From an uncultured Anaerolineales bacterium (lineage in GTDB: Bacteria; Chloroflexota; Anaerolineae; Anaerolineales; JABWBV01), in NCBI GenBank assembly GCA_964489525.1, contig CAZAYY010000021.1, positions 104 to 64,103 of the forward strand: a DNA stretch of 64,000 nt, read 5' to 3'. Position numbers and translations under genes: made by a program. Under the pieces are notes generated by a model. It worked only from the letters and a program-made list of their open reading frames with translations. It searched no databases and had not been told where the DNA came from. Positions 7,916 to 16,481 of this stretch are shown here, piece by piece. Numbering within the stretch: position 1 is the first letter of the stretch; every line of letters starts with the position of its first letter.

Positions 7916-8356
7916 ATGTTCACAACGTACGATCAAACCCGCGAAATTCAAGTTGGCGACCATGCCTGGATGCGCAAACGCGTTTCGGATGAAGATGTGC
8001 GCACCTTTGCACGCATCAGCGGCGATGCAAACCCGGTGCACCTGGATGACACCTTCGCCGCCGCAACCATTTTCAAACAGCGCATTGCCCACGGCATGCT
8101 CACCGGTGCGCTCATCTCGGCTGTGCTGGGAATGCTGCTGCCAGGCCCGGGTGTGATCTACCTTTCGCAAACCCTGAATTTTAAAGCCCCGGTGTATATC
8201 GGCGATGAAATCACCGCAAAACTGGAAGTCACAGCCTACCGTCCCGACAGGCGCATCGTCACGCTGAAAACCGAAGTTTTCAACCAGGATGACAAACTCG
8301 TCCTGGATGGTGAAGCCGTGATGCTTGCCCCCCGGCCTAAAACGCCGGCAGAATAG
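7916..8356 (+). CDS. MaoC-like (R)-specific enoyl-CoA hydratase / dehydratase
   Basis: Hot-dog fold signature FARISGDANPVHLDDTFAAATIFKQRIAHGML. Confidence 0.85.
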   Translation: MFTTYDQTREIQVGDHAWMRKRVSDEDVRTFARISGDANPVHLDDTFAAATIFKQRIAHGMLTGALISAVLGMLLPGPGVIYLSQTLNFKAPVYIGDEITAKLEVTAYRPDRRIVTLKTEVFNQDDKLVLDGEAVMLAPRPKTPAE

Positions 8357-8488
8357 TTAAGCGTTATTTAGCTCTCAACTTTTCCGAAATTATTCAGGAG
8401 GCGCAAGGCAAATTGGTTTAATGTACGTCCGCGGTAAAGTCCAGCAGGACTTACCCTCCGCCATTGCCAACTGGCTTAAAGCCTGTGG

Positions 8489-8833
8489 TTAATTCGGGTC
8501 ATTCTTTTTCAACAGCTCGGCTTTACCCCATTTCTTGCAGGCTGGACAATTCAACAATGTCCAGCCTGCGGTTTGATTAAAACCATGCGGCGAAATCAAA
8601 TCCACCCAGAATGAGATTTCAAACTCGTGCTGGCAGTGTGGGCAGCGATGAGCGGTGTTCTGCGTATGCCAGCCCACCAGCCATACCAGGCCGGCAATCA
8701 CAATCAACCCCCAACCCAACCACCAATCTGGCAGCAGCCAAAATGCAGAGACTGAAACCACCAATAGATAAAGAGATATATAGACCAGGCTGCGGATTAC
8801 GTCTGCGCGGGTAGGTTTTGAATATGTATTCAT
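8489..8833 (-). CDS. membrane protein with C-terminal zinc-ribbon (CxxC...CxxC)
   Basis: Two TM helices are followed by CPHCQHEF...CPACKKWG. Its AGGTGG RBS overlaps the mgtE stop, with a 10-nt gap between the genes. Confidence 0.55.
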   Translation of the reverse strand: MNTYSKPTRADVIRSLVYISLYLLVVSVSAFWLLPDWWLGWGLIVIAGLVWLVGWHTQNTAHRCPHCQHEFEISFWVDLISPHGFNQTAGWTLLNCPACKKWGKAELLKKNDPN

Positions 8834-8843
8834 CTCAAACCAC

Positions 8844-10193
8844 CTACAAACCTAAAACCAGCCTGGCAATCGAAAAATAAATCAGCAAACCAGTTGCATC
8901 CACCAGGGTGGACATCACCGGGCCAGAGACTACGGTGGGGTCAATTTTAAGGCGGGCGGCCAACAAAGGTAGCAAAGAACCCATCGCATTAGCCCAAACC
9001 ACAATGGCAAGAATGGCCAGGGAGACTGTGAGTGCAACCCCCCAACCAGAACCCCAGGTAATGGCCCGCACAATCCCAAAGGCACCCATGCCCAACCCTA
9101 AAAGCAGCCCCACACGGAACTCGTGCCACAGGGCGTGCATCCCATCACGCAGGCCAATGTCGCCCACAGCCAGGGCTCGAATGATGGTGGCAGTGGTTTG
9201 CGAGCCAGCGTTGCCCCCGGTGCCAATCAGAAGCGGGATGAAATAAGCCAGCGCAACTACGGCCTGCAAATCTTTCTCGAACAGGCGCATCACCGTCCCG
9301 GTCAGGCTGCCGGTCACAAACAACAGCATCAGCCAACCAATCCGCTTTCCGGTAACTGTCAGCACACCGCTGCTCAGGTAAGAGTCATCCAATGGCTGGG
9401 CGCCACCCATGCGCTGGATGTCTTCAGTCGCTTCATCTTCCAGAACATCGACCACATCGTCAATGGTAATCACACCCAGCACCTGGCCTTGGGCGTCCAG
9501 AACAGGCATGGTATTCAAGTCATACCGCGCCATCAACCGGGCAACTTCTTCCTGGTCGGTTCCGGCCTGGACGGATAAGACTTCCCGGTTCATAATTTCG
9601 CCAATCGGACGGTTGGGGTCGTTAATCACCAGTTGGCGCAAGTCCAAAACCCCACACAACACCCCATGGCGGTCTACCACGAAGAAATCGTGAATGGTTT
9701 CGGCATCTGGCTCTAACTGGCGAATGGCCTGGATGGCTTCCTGAACGGTCATGCGGCGGCGCAGCGCCAGGAACTGGGAAGTCATCAGACCCCCAGCACT
9801 GTCGGAGCGGTGCAGCAGCAGTGGGTGAATTTCTTCGGGATCTTCCAACTGGCTGATGATTTTTTCCATCTGCTCGTCAGGAATCTCATTTAGCAGGTCA
9901 GCGGCTTCGTCTGGTTCCATCTCGTCCAGGATGGCCGCAGCGCGTTCCGGGGGCAGGGCAGCGACAAGGTCAGCCGCGTCTTCATCCTCCAGCTCTTCCA
10001 AAATGTCGGCGGTATCGGAAGGGTCGAGGTGGGTAAGCAGCGCAACCTGGTCTTCCTCATCAAGTTCTGCAATCAATTCGGCCTGGTCGGGCGAACGCAA
10101 TTCTTCCAGAATTTTAATGGCAAACTCAAGCCGGTCATCTTCAAGCGCATTGCGCAGCCGGTCGAGAATATGATCTAATTCAACCATGGTCAT
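8844..10193 (-). CDS. mgtE: magnesium transporter MgtE
   Basis: Acidic N-domain, a tandem CBS pair, and a C-terminal TM domain with GTGGNAGSQTTATIIRALAVG and DPTVVSGPVMSTLVDATGLLIYF. Confidence 0.92.
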   Translation of the reverse strand: MTMVELDHILDRLRNALEDDRLEFAIKILEELRSPDQAELIAELDEEDQVALLTHLDPSDTADILEELEDEDAADLVAALPPERAAAILDEMEPDEAADLLNEIPDEQMEKIISQLEDPEEIHPLLLHRSDSAGGLMTSQFLALRRRMTVQEAIQAIRQLEPDAETIHDFFVVDRHGVLCGVLDLRQLVINDPNRPIGEIMNREVLSVQAGTDQEEVARLMARYDLNTMPVLDAQGQVLGVITIDDVVDVLEDEATEDIQRMGGAQPLDDSYLSSGVLTVTGKRIGWLMLLFVTGSLTGTVMRLFEKDLQAVVALAYFIPLLIGTGGNAGSQTTATIIRALAVGDIGLRDGMHALWHEFRVGLLLGLGMGAFGIVRAITWGSGWGVALTVSLAILAIVVWANAMGSLLPLLAARLKIDPTVVSGPVMSTLVDATGLLIYFSIARLVLGL

Positions 10194-10200
10194 TTCAGCA

Positions 10201-10226
10201 CCTCCGATATTATTTCCCCCCGGAGG
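10201..10226 (-). promoter_or_regulatory. hairpin in the mgtE 5' leader that pairs the Shine-Dalgarno sequence
   Basis: The mRNA reads CCUCCG-GGGGGAAAUAAUAU-CGGAGG-UGCUGAA-AUG. The 6-bp stem includes the GGAGG that lies 7 nt from the start codon. Confidence 0.35.
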
Positions 10227-10349
10227 CAGTCATAAAGAGCCAGACAACGCCCGCCAGGGGTCAGGTAGAAAAGGGTTGGGTCACAGGCCTGTGCCTGTGC
10301 CGACTAGAGGCAGGTTCGTTCGTACTCATACAGTTAATATCACCTGATC

Positions 10350-10380
10350 AAAATAAAAAACAGGAATGGGACATCCTGCT
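10350..10380 (-). terminator. rho-independent terminator after the methyltransferase gene
   Basis: On the minus strand: CAGGA-tgtcccat-TCCTG followed by TTTTTTATTTT, 35 nt after the stop at 10415. Confidence 0.5.
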
Positions 10381-10414
10381 GTCAAGAAAATTATAGACGT
10401 AAGGGTGTAAATTG

Positions 10415-11212
10415 TCAAACCATTTTTCGGGCACGAATACCCAGAAAAAGTGGGATTTCCTGGTTCGCCAGGTTTTCGGCGGCAGCCCGTTCGCCGGCTG
10501 CAGTTTTGTAGGTGGGGATTTCCTTAACCTGGTCCACAAACAGCCCATACCGGCCAAGGGTGTTGAAATACACTTCAAGGGGGCGGTGAAAACTCCAACT
10601 CACCCCACCTTTTTGGCCGGGATGAGGCTTAAGGGGCACCGAAAGCGGGGTAAGGTAGCGGTCAACCCGGCGAAACTGGAGTTTTCGGCCCTCATCCCAT
10701 CCCCAGCCGCTCTGGCGGGGGATGCGAAAACAAGGGTGAACCATCAAAATCCCCACCCGGCCGCCGGGCTTTAAAGCCCAGGCCAAAGATTCCACCACCG
10801 CGTCCAGGGGATCCATATCCTGGATGCTCAGCAAAAAAGCCGCAGCATCATAGCCGCCAGGGTTCAGGCCCGGCAAGGCGGAAAGGCTGCGCGCATCGCC
10901 CAAGAAAAACCGCACTTTGGGGCCATGGTGTTTGCGAGCCAGTTCGAGCAGGCGCGGGCTGAGTTCTACACCGGTGTATTGGCCACCGGCTTTAAAGATA
11001 TATGGCGCCAACACACCCTGGCCTGAACCAATATCCAAAACCTGTTCGCCCGGATGGATATCTAACAAAGCCAACAAGGCGGGGATGGCGAGTTTTTGAT
11101 GGTGGTGACTGCCCCCTTTGCCCACCCAACCATCGTACCAGGCCGCCAGTGGATCCCAACTGGTGTTGGCAAACTGGCGCAGCGGCTTGCGTGAGATGGG
11201 TTTACCCGGCAT
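10415..11212 (-). CDS. class I SAM-dependent methyltransferase
   Basis: Motif I VLDIGSGQGVLAP and the post-I/II pattern. The start is probably the second Met (11212), which limits overlap with the upstream OsmC gene. Confidence 0.8.
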   Translation of the reverse strand: MPGKPISRKPLRQFANTSWDPLAAWYDGWVGKGGSHHHQKLAIPALLALLDIHPGEQVLDIGSGQGVLAPYIFKAGGQYTGVELSPRLLELARKHHGPKVRFFLGDARSLSALPGLNPGGYDAAAFLLSIQDMDPLDAVVESLAWALKPGGRVGILMVHPCFRIPRQSGWGWDEGRKLQFRRVDRYLTPLSVPLKPHPGQKGGVSWSFHRPLEVYFNTLGRYGLFVDQVKEIPTYKTAAGERAAAENLANQEIPLFLGIRARKMV

Positions 11213-11630
11213 GGTCTGGTGGCAGCACTTCAAAATCGTGAGTCACCTGTACGCCAGGGCGCAGCGTGTTGATGACAGAACAATACTTCTCTTCAGAAAG
11301 GGCAATGGCTCGCTCCACTTTTTTCGGGTCGAGGCTGCCGCGCACCACATAATGCAGGTGAATATGGGTAAAGTTCCAGGGCGGATCTTGCTGCTGTTCG
11401 CCGCTGCACTGCACTTCCAGGCTTTCCATGGGTTCACGCTGTTTGCGCAGAATGGAGATGACATCCCAGGCAGAGCACGAAGCGGCAGCAAGGAGAAGTA
11501 AATCGGATGGTTTTAAGCCAGTCCACTGCGGGTCTTTTTCTGCCCAGCTTCCCATCACCAGGGGTGTGCCTCGCGAATCGGCGCCAACCATCAACTGCGA
11601 ATCAAGCCATTTCAAAGAGACAGTTCCCAT
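11202..11630 (-). CDS. OsmC/Ohr family protein
   Basis: LLLLAAASCSAWDVISIL and ALSEEKYCSVINTL carry the two conserved Cys contexts of the OsmC family. Confidence 0.8.
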   Translation of the reverse strand: MGTVSLKWLDSQLMVGADSRGTPLVMGSWAEKDPQWTGLKPSDLLLLAAASCSAWDVISILRKQREPMESLEVQCSGEQQQDPPWNFTHIHLHYVVRGSLDPKKVERAIALSEEKYCSVINTLRPGVQVTHDFEVLPPDHAG

Positions 11631-11639
11631 TTTTCCTCC

Positions 11640-11972
11640 TTATTTTTCTGCATGGGCGCCTTCTGCAGGCGCAAAATAAACCAAAAGAACCAAATCTTGA
11701 ACTATTGAAATAAATTTGTGGGGAACACCGGGCGGAACATGGACGAAGGTTCCGGGCTCCACCTTGGTCACTTCATCTCCCACCTGAAGTTGGCCAACAC
11801 CCTTGACCACATAATACATTTCATCTTCAGAATGCGGATGCTGCAAATCTTGCGAGCCAACCGGCAAACGATACACCCCCACGCTCATCGCCGGAACCCG
11901 CATGGCTTCGGTGTAGCGGCGGTTAATTTGCTCTTGTTGAGCCACAATATCAGACACTCGGAACACATTCAT
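11640..11972 (-). CDS. cupin domain protein
   Basis: 110 aa with HPHSEDEMYYVVKGVG...PPGVPHKF, the cupin motifs G(X)5HxH and PxGxxH. Confidence 0.75.
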   Translation of the reverse strand: MNVFRVSDIVAQQEQINRRYTEAMRVPAMSVGVYRLPVGSQDLQHPHSEDEMYYVVKGVGQLQVGDEVTKVEPGTFVHVPPGVPHKFISIVQDLVLLVYFAPAEGAHAEK

Positions 11973-11993
11973 AAATACACTCCTCTCGTGGTT

Positions 11994-12893
11994 TCAATTT
12001 GCCTGGCGGAATTTGCGCCAATAGCGTTCAATGCCGGCGGCAGACATCCAGGTGGGGTTGGCCAGTTCAAACGCGGTGAGCGCTTCAGAACCGACCTGGA
12101 TAGCAGCAGCTCGCCCCGCCGCCCAGGCAGAAAGCTTTTCTTTCAAGGTTTCAATGGAGGGGTTGGCTGGCATCACCTCCAAAATGAAGGCTTCGGCAGC
12201 ATCCAGCTCGGCTTCCAGGGCATCCAGATGCCAGGCAGCGTCGTCATAAATTCCAAAATGGGTTGGGGCAATCCGGGAAAAACCCAGGGCGCGCAGTTTT
12301 GCCACACTCTGCCTCCAGGTCTCCAGGTGAAACTCTGGGGGCGGCATGGGGATCCGCAAATAGGGTCTGCCAGGAATGCGCACCCCACCCACATCGCCAG
12401 TGAAGCAAAGATCCCCAAGCACATATGCGAAATGATGGTTGGCATGACCAGGGGTATCCACCGGCAAAACTGAAAACTCCCCAATCTGAATGGGCTGCCC
12501 TTCTTCAACCACGACGAGCCGGCTTTCAGGAACGGGCAAAAATTCTCCCCAGAGCGCATCCATCCTATCGCCATAAATTCGGGTTGCGCTGGACAGCAGC
12601 TTCTCGGGGTTGGCCAGGTGCGGCGCACCCAACGGGTGGACATGAATACGAGCACCCTGGCGCGCCAGCCAGCCGGCTGCCCCGGCATGGTCGAGGTGAA
12701 TGTGGGTAAGGAGAACATCGGTCACGTCCCCGGGCGAATAGCCAAAACGGGCTAGTGCGGCAACCAACGGCTCTCGCGTGGACCCTGGCCCACACTCTAC
12801 CAAAGCAGCCCCACCTGAATGAGGCAGCAGGTAACAGGCCACAGCCAGGGGTTTTCCTTGAAAATTTAAGTCAAGGGTTTGGATTGTGATCAC
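11994..12893 (-). CDS. MBL-fold metallo-hydrolase
   Basis: LLTHIHLDHAG is the HxHxDH motif. The start is moved to the GTG at 12893 (MITIQTLDLNFQG), which has AGGAG 6 nt upstream. The track's longer N-terminus looks non-coding. Confidence 0.85.
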   Translation of the reverse strand: MITIQTLDLNFQGKPLAVACYLLPHSGGAALVECGPGSTREPLVAALARFGYSPGDVTDVLLTHIHLDHAGAAGWLARQGARIHVHPLGAPHLANPEKLLSSATRIYGDRMDALWGEFLPVPESRLVVVEEGQPIQIGEFSVLPVDTPGHANHHFAYVLGDLCFTGDVGGVRIPGRPYLRIPMPPPEFHLETWRQSVAKLRALGFSRIAPTHFGIYDDAAWHLDALEAELDAAEAFILEVMPANPSIETLKEKLSAWAAGRAAAIQVGSEALTAFELANPTWMSAAGIERYWRKFRQAN

Positions 12894-13012
12894 AAACAGC
12901 TCCTTTCCTGGTGTAAGGGGTTCACCCTCCCAACGTATTGTACCCACAAAACCCCCATATTTGCGCACCATTTTCCCCCATTTTCTCTGGATGTGACAAA
13001 CAGCCAATTTCA

Positions 13013-13061
13013 GGGGCAGGGCGCAAAGTTAAGAACTGCAAAGTTCTACCTCCCCTGCCCC
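13013..13061. other. nested inverted repeat (hairpin H1) in a long intergenic region
   Basis: The outer arms are GGGGCAGGG (13013-13021) and CCCTGCCCC (13053-13061). The inner arms are AGAACT (13032-13037) and AGTTCT (13042-13047). Confidence 0.6.
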
Positions 13062-13092
13062 CACCATTGCGCTGGAAAGAGGTTTTTTTACA

Positions 13093-13137
13093 GGTAATGG
13101 CCAACTGGCGGGTTCAGCCCACCAGTTGGCCATTACC
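13093..13137. other. 16-bp perfect inverted repeat (hairpin H2)
   Basis: GGTAATGGCCAACTGG (13093-13108), a 13-nt loop cgggttcagccca, then CCAGTTGGCCATTACC (13122-13137). Confidence 0.7.
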
Positions 13138-13228
13138 AGATCTTCTCCCCGCCCCAAAACCTCGGGAGGGGTTGGGGGTGGGGGTGGAAGGCGAGAATCG
13201 CAAATTCTAACAACATTTGCGCGCACCT
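13137..13228 (+). repeat. structured intergenic repeat, copy A
   Basis: The last 36 nt (gagaatcgcaaattctaacaacatttgcgcgcacct) match the reverse complement of 23854-23889 at 35/36. The upstream C-rich/G-rich part aligns with indels. It contains the hairpin CGCAAAT-tctaacaac-ATTTGCG (13199-13221). Confidence 0.75.
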
Positions 13229-13238
13229 CTTCAAAAGG

Positions 13239-13267
13239 TTGCCATACAGCAAAAATAATTTTACAAT
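13239..13267 (+). promoter_or_regulatory. candidate promoter of the cNMP-binding protein gene
   Basis: TTGCCA (13239-13244), a 17-nt spacer, then TACAAT (13262-13267). It lies 11 nt downstream of repeat copy A. Confidence 0.4.
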
Positions 13268-13334
13268 ATAATTAAACTAAACACCCACCAGAGAAAAAGG
13301 TTTTGATCATTCCGCACACAAGGAGAACTGCCCT

Positions 13335-13778
13335 ATGGAAGATTTAAGAGGAATTTTACGCAACGTGATGCTGTTTGCCAGCCTATCGGAAGATGACCTG
13401 GCAGAAGTGGCAAAAATTTGCAAAAAACAAGTTTTCCATCGGGGCGAAGTCATTGCACAACAAGGCTCGGCTGGCAACGAATTATTTATCATCACAGATG
13501 GGTTCGCCGAAGTTGCGGTACAAACCATGGAAGGCACTGCCCATGTGCTGGTCAACCTGGGCAGCGGCCAAATCATTGGTGAAATGTCACTCATAGACCA
13601 GGGACCCAGGTCAGCCACTGTTCGAGCCCTGAGCGAACCAACCGTAGTCCAAATGATTTTACGAGAAGATTTCGAACACCTTTGTGAAAAAAACACCCGG
13701 ATCGGTTATGTGGTGATGAAAGACATCGCCGCTGACCTGTCGTTTAAGCTGCGGCAGCGCAACCTGACCGTTGGCTAA
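13335..13778 (+). CDS. cyclic-nucleotide-binding domain protein (stand-alone CAP_ED)
   Basis: FHRGEVIAQQGSAGNELFIITDGFAEV...GQIIGEMSLIDQGPRSATVRAL is a canonical cNMP-binding cassette. AAGGAG lies upstream. Confidence 0.85.
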   Translation: MEDLRGILRNVMLFASLSEDDLAEVAKICKKQVFHRGEVIAQQGSAGNELFIITDGFAEVAVQTMEGTAHVLVNLGSGQIIGEMSLIDQGPRSATVRALSEPTVVQMILREDFEHLCEKNTRIGYVVMKDIAADLSFKLRQRNLTVG

Positions 13779-13789
13779 AGGGGAAAACC

Positions 13790-14002
13790 ATGGCGATATT
13801 TAAAGTCAGCTACGTTGTTATTGGCCGGGCACATCCCGGCACGATTGTAAACCTGCACCATCGCCCCCAGATTGGTGAGAGGGTGGAACTCAGCGACGAA
13901 GAATTTATTATTGTGGAAGTAATTGACCTGATGCCTCCACGTGGAGAGTTCCACTTCATCCACGCCACCTGCCGCCCCATCACCGAACAAGAATCTGTCT
14001 AA
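13790..14002 (+). CDS. hypothetical small protein
   Basis: 70-aa ORF starting 11 nt after the cNMP-binding gene, on the same strand. I recognise no family. Confidence 0.5.
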   Translation: MAIFKVSYVVIGRAHPGTIVNLHHRPQIGERVELSDEEFIIVEVIDLMPPRGEFHFIHATCRPITEQESV

Positions 14003-14016
14003 ACGCCCCTCATGAT

Positions 14017-14050
14017 CAAAAAAGGCCACCTGATAACGGTGGCCTTTTTG
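14017..14050. terminator. bidirectional rho-independent terminator
   Basis: AAAAAAA-GGCCACC-tgataac-GGTGGCC-TTTTT, between the convergent genes ending at 14002 (+) and 14098 (-). Confidence 0.7.
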
Positions 14051-14097
14051 ATTTGGTTTATGTTGAGCCAGCTCCCCTTGCTGAAAAAACCACTCAC

Positions 14098-14679
14098 TTA
14101 ACCAGCCTGGGTCTCAATCAGGGCATAGGTGCCATCCGAACGGCGGTAAAGCACATTAACTGAGCTGGTGTTGACATTATAGAACACAAAGAAATTATCG
14201 TGGCCGAGCAGCGTCATTTGCTCAATGGCTTCTTCTTCGTCCATCGGCACCAGGATAAAACGCTTGCGCCGGGAAATAACAGGCGCTTCTTCAACCACAG
14301 GTTCAAAGGGTAGGGCTTCAAGCGCTTCTTCTTCCATGGCGAAATCACCAGCCGATTTACCATCCCCGCGGCCGCGGTTGCGTTTCCCTTTATAACGGGC
14401 AATCTGGCGCTGCACTTTGTCCAGAGCCCGGTCAAACGCAACAAAAACATCATCCGCCTTTTCTTCCGAGCGCAAAATGAACCGGGTTCCGCGAACGGTG
14501 ATTTGCGCCACTTCCCGGTCAGAAATATTTCGGGCGGTTTTCACGTGATCCAGATCGACGCGTACTTCGTCAATACCATTCAGGTACCGGTCCAACCGAG
14601 AGGCCCGTTTGCGAATGTATTCGTCTATCCGGTCGGTGACCGTCATATTCTTGCTATAAATTTCCACGTTAACGGTCAT
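14098..14679 (-). CDS. hpf: ribosome hibernation promoting factor, long form
   Basis: The N-terminal RaiA/S30AE domain reads IYSKNMTVTDRIDEYIRKRASRLDRYL. The C-terminal dimerisation domain reads RRKRFILVPMDEEEAIEQMTLLGHDNFFVFYN. Confidence 0.9.
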   Translation of the reverse strand: MTVNVEIYSKNMTVTDRIDEYIRKRASRLDRYLNGIDEVRVDLDHVKTARNISDREVAQITVRGTRFILRSEEKADDVFVAFDRALDKVQRQIARYKGKRNRGRGDGKSAGDFAMEEEALEALPFEPVVEEAPVISRRKRFILVPMDEEEAIEQMTLLGHDNFFVFYNVNTSSVNVLYRRSDGTYALIETQAG

Positions 14680-14692
14680 AAGCTTGTTCCTC

Positions 14693-15445
14693 CTATAATA
14701 AAGTTGGGTTGGATAAAGAATCGGGCAAACCCTTAAAGGCTGCCCGGCCCAGGGTGAAGATATACACTCCGACCGCCTGGGCTTGTTTCAGCGCTTCGGC
14801 TGCTGCGTTTGTGGTCGCTCCGGTAGTCATTACATCATCAATGAGGAGTACATTTTGTCCAGCAACCTGGCGCGGGTCGGCTCGAAATGCACCGGCCATA
14901 TTTGCGTGCCGGTCCACAATTGAAAGGCCTACCTGGGATTGAGTTTCGCGAACCCGACGTAAAGCGTCTGGCCGGTGAGGCAGGTTCAAAAACAAAGCAA
15001 TCGGCAAAGAAATAAAGGCAGCCTGGTTATACCCCCTTGTGCGCATTCGATTTTCCGCTAATGGAACCGGGACCACCAGGGTCAGCGGCCATTGTTGGGC
15101 TTCAAGCATTTCTTTCGCCGGAAAAGCCAGGGCTTCTCCTAAAAACGCATTACCATGATACTTCAACTGATGGATTGCCTCCCGAAAAGGTCCATCAAAA
15201 ACTGCATAAGAACGGGCTGCATCAAACAGAGGAGACTGTTTTGAACAATCCGGGCAGGTTCGCCCAGGAGATAACGGCAAACCGCAGCGGGAACAAAAAG
15301 GCTCGTGAATGACGGTTGTGTTATGCTGGCAGGCTGCACACCAGGCCGCTCCCACCGCACCGCATCCAGCACAGGTGGGTGGAAAAACCAGGCCTACAGC
15401 AGCCCAGGCCCATTGGTAAAGTTCGTAGGCGGTCTTTCCCCGCAC
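14693..15445 (-). CDS. comFC: ComF family protein (phosphoribosyltransferase-like, ComFC)
   Basis: N-terminal Cys4 zinc finger (CAGCG...CAACQ...CSRCG) and the PRTase motif VLLIDDVMTTGATTNAAAEAL. Confidence 0.85.
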   Translation of the reverse strand: MRGKTAYELYQWAWAAVGLVFPPTCAGCGAVGAAWCAACQHNTTVIHEPFCSRCGLPLSPGRTCPDCSKQSPLFDAARSYAVFDGPFREAIHQLKYHGNAFLGEALAFPAKEMLEAQQWPLTLVVPVPLAENRMRTRGYNQAAFISLPIALFLNLPHRPDALRRVRETQSQVGLSIVDRHANMAGAFRADPRQVAGQNVLLIDDVMTTGATTNAAAEALKQAQAVGVYIFTLGRAAFKGLPDSLSNPTLL

Positions 15446-15459
15446 AAATCCATCCCTGG

Positions 15460-16407
15460 CTACAGCATTCCGCCCAACGCGGAATTCATCAGCAGCAAAG
15501 CTGCAGGGCCAAGAAGGATAATCATCAATGAAGGAAAGATTAAGAACGCCATCGGAAAAAGCATCTTAATCGGAGCTTTTTGAGCTTCTTCTTCCGCCAT
15601 CTGGCGGCGTTTGACTCGCATGGCTTCCGATTGTACGCGAAGAATGTTCGAAAGGCTCACACCCAGCTGATCGCTTTGAATCACTGCTGCAACAAAGCTG
15701 GTGATCTCAGGAATGCCCACCCGATCGGCCATTTCGCGCATGGCTTCCCGCCGGGTTTTACCAAGCTGAATTTCGCGCAAAGCCCGGGCAAAAACCAGGG
15801 AAAGCTCGGTATCCCACTTGGCCTGCACGCGGCTCATGGCTGCCTCAAACCCCAGGCCGGCCTCCACACAAATCGTCAGCAGGTCAAGCGCATCGGGCAA
15901 AGCCCTGCGAATGTCTTTCTGACGGCGCTGGATTTTGCTGGTAAGCCAGAGTTCTGGCACAAAAAAGCCAAGCAGTGCAAACAACGCCGCCAGAATAAAA
16001 CCCATTGAGCCTTTCAGGAAGCTGCCCTCCGGGGCAATATAGGAAATAAAAAGCATAAAAACCCCAATGGCAATCCCTGAAATTCGTAAGGTGAGAAAAA
16101 CCGTTGGGTCCAGGTTGCGGGGGTTTCCCGCCAGTTCGAGTTTACGAGCGGTTTGTTGAATGGAGTTTTGAGGTGTGAAGCGCAAGGCAAAAGCGCCCAT
16201 AGAACGCGCCATGGGAATCAACACACGTTCTGAAAACGATTGAGAAAGTTCAATTTGTTCGAGGTTTACGGTTTCACCGGTAATTGCGAACTCAGCCAGG
16301 CGGGCTTCCAGAGGGTCTTCGTCATCAGTGCGCAGGCCAATCACAACCAGGATAATGGCCACAACCAGAATGACGCCAGCAATGATCAGTAATGGCACAA
16401 GATTCAT
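15460..16407 (-). CDS. tadC: Flp pilus assembly platform protein TadC (T2SSF family)
   Basis: T2SSF domain (ALPDALDLLTICVEAGLGFEAAM) with N- and C-terminal TM segments. It lies downstream of tadB and cpaF. Confidence 0.85.
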   Translation of the reverse strand: MNLVPLLIIAGVILVVAIILVVIGLRTDDEDPLEARLAEFAITGETVNLEQIELSQSFSERVLIPMARSMGAFALRFTPQNSIQQTARKLELAGNPRNLDPTVFLTLRISGIAIGVFMLFISYIAPEGSFLKGSMGFILAALFALLGFFVPELWLTSKIQRRQKDIRRALPDALDLLTICVEAGLGFEAAMSRVQAKWDTELSLVFARALREIQLGKTRREAMREMADRVGIPEITSFVAAVIQSDQLGVSLSNILRVQSEAMRVKRRQMAEEEAQKAPIKMLFPMAFLIFPSLMIILLGPAALLLMNSALGGML

Positions 16408-16481
16408 AAAAACTCCTTGTTGTAGGGTTAATACCGAAATTTTGAATCAACCAAACGCATAGCAGCCAGCCAGGCTTGTGG

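Noticed and set aside
7505-8170. 221-aa minus-strand ORF
   Set aside because: It reads antisense through tRNA copy 2, its terminator and the 5' part of the well-supported MaoC gene. Its composition is implausible and no RBS is present.
10194-10349. Calling the mgtE leader an M-box (ykoK) riboswitch
   Set aside because: I could not find the M-box hallmark sequences by eye, so I report only the SD-sequestering hairpin. A covariance-model search is needed.
12894-13007. N-terminal 38-aa extension of the MBL hydrolase in the ORF track
   Set aside because: The GTG at 12893 is preceded by AGGAG at ideal spacing and starts the conserved MBL N-terminus. The extension (MAVCHIQRKWGKMVRKYGGF...) has no RBS.
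13790-14002. Assigning a function or toxin-antitoxin-like role to the 70-aa ORF following the cNMP-binding protein
   Set aside because: It has no recognisable motif and only its position supports it. It is kept as hypothetical.
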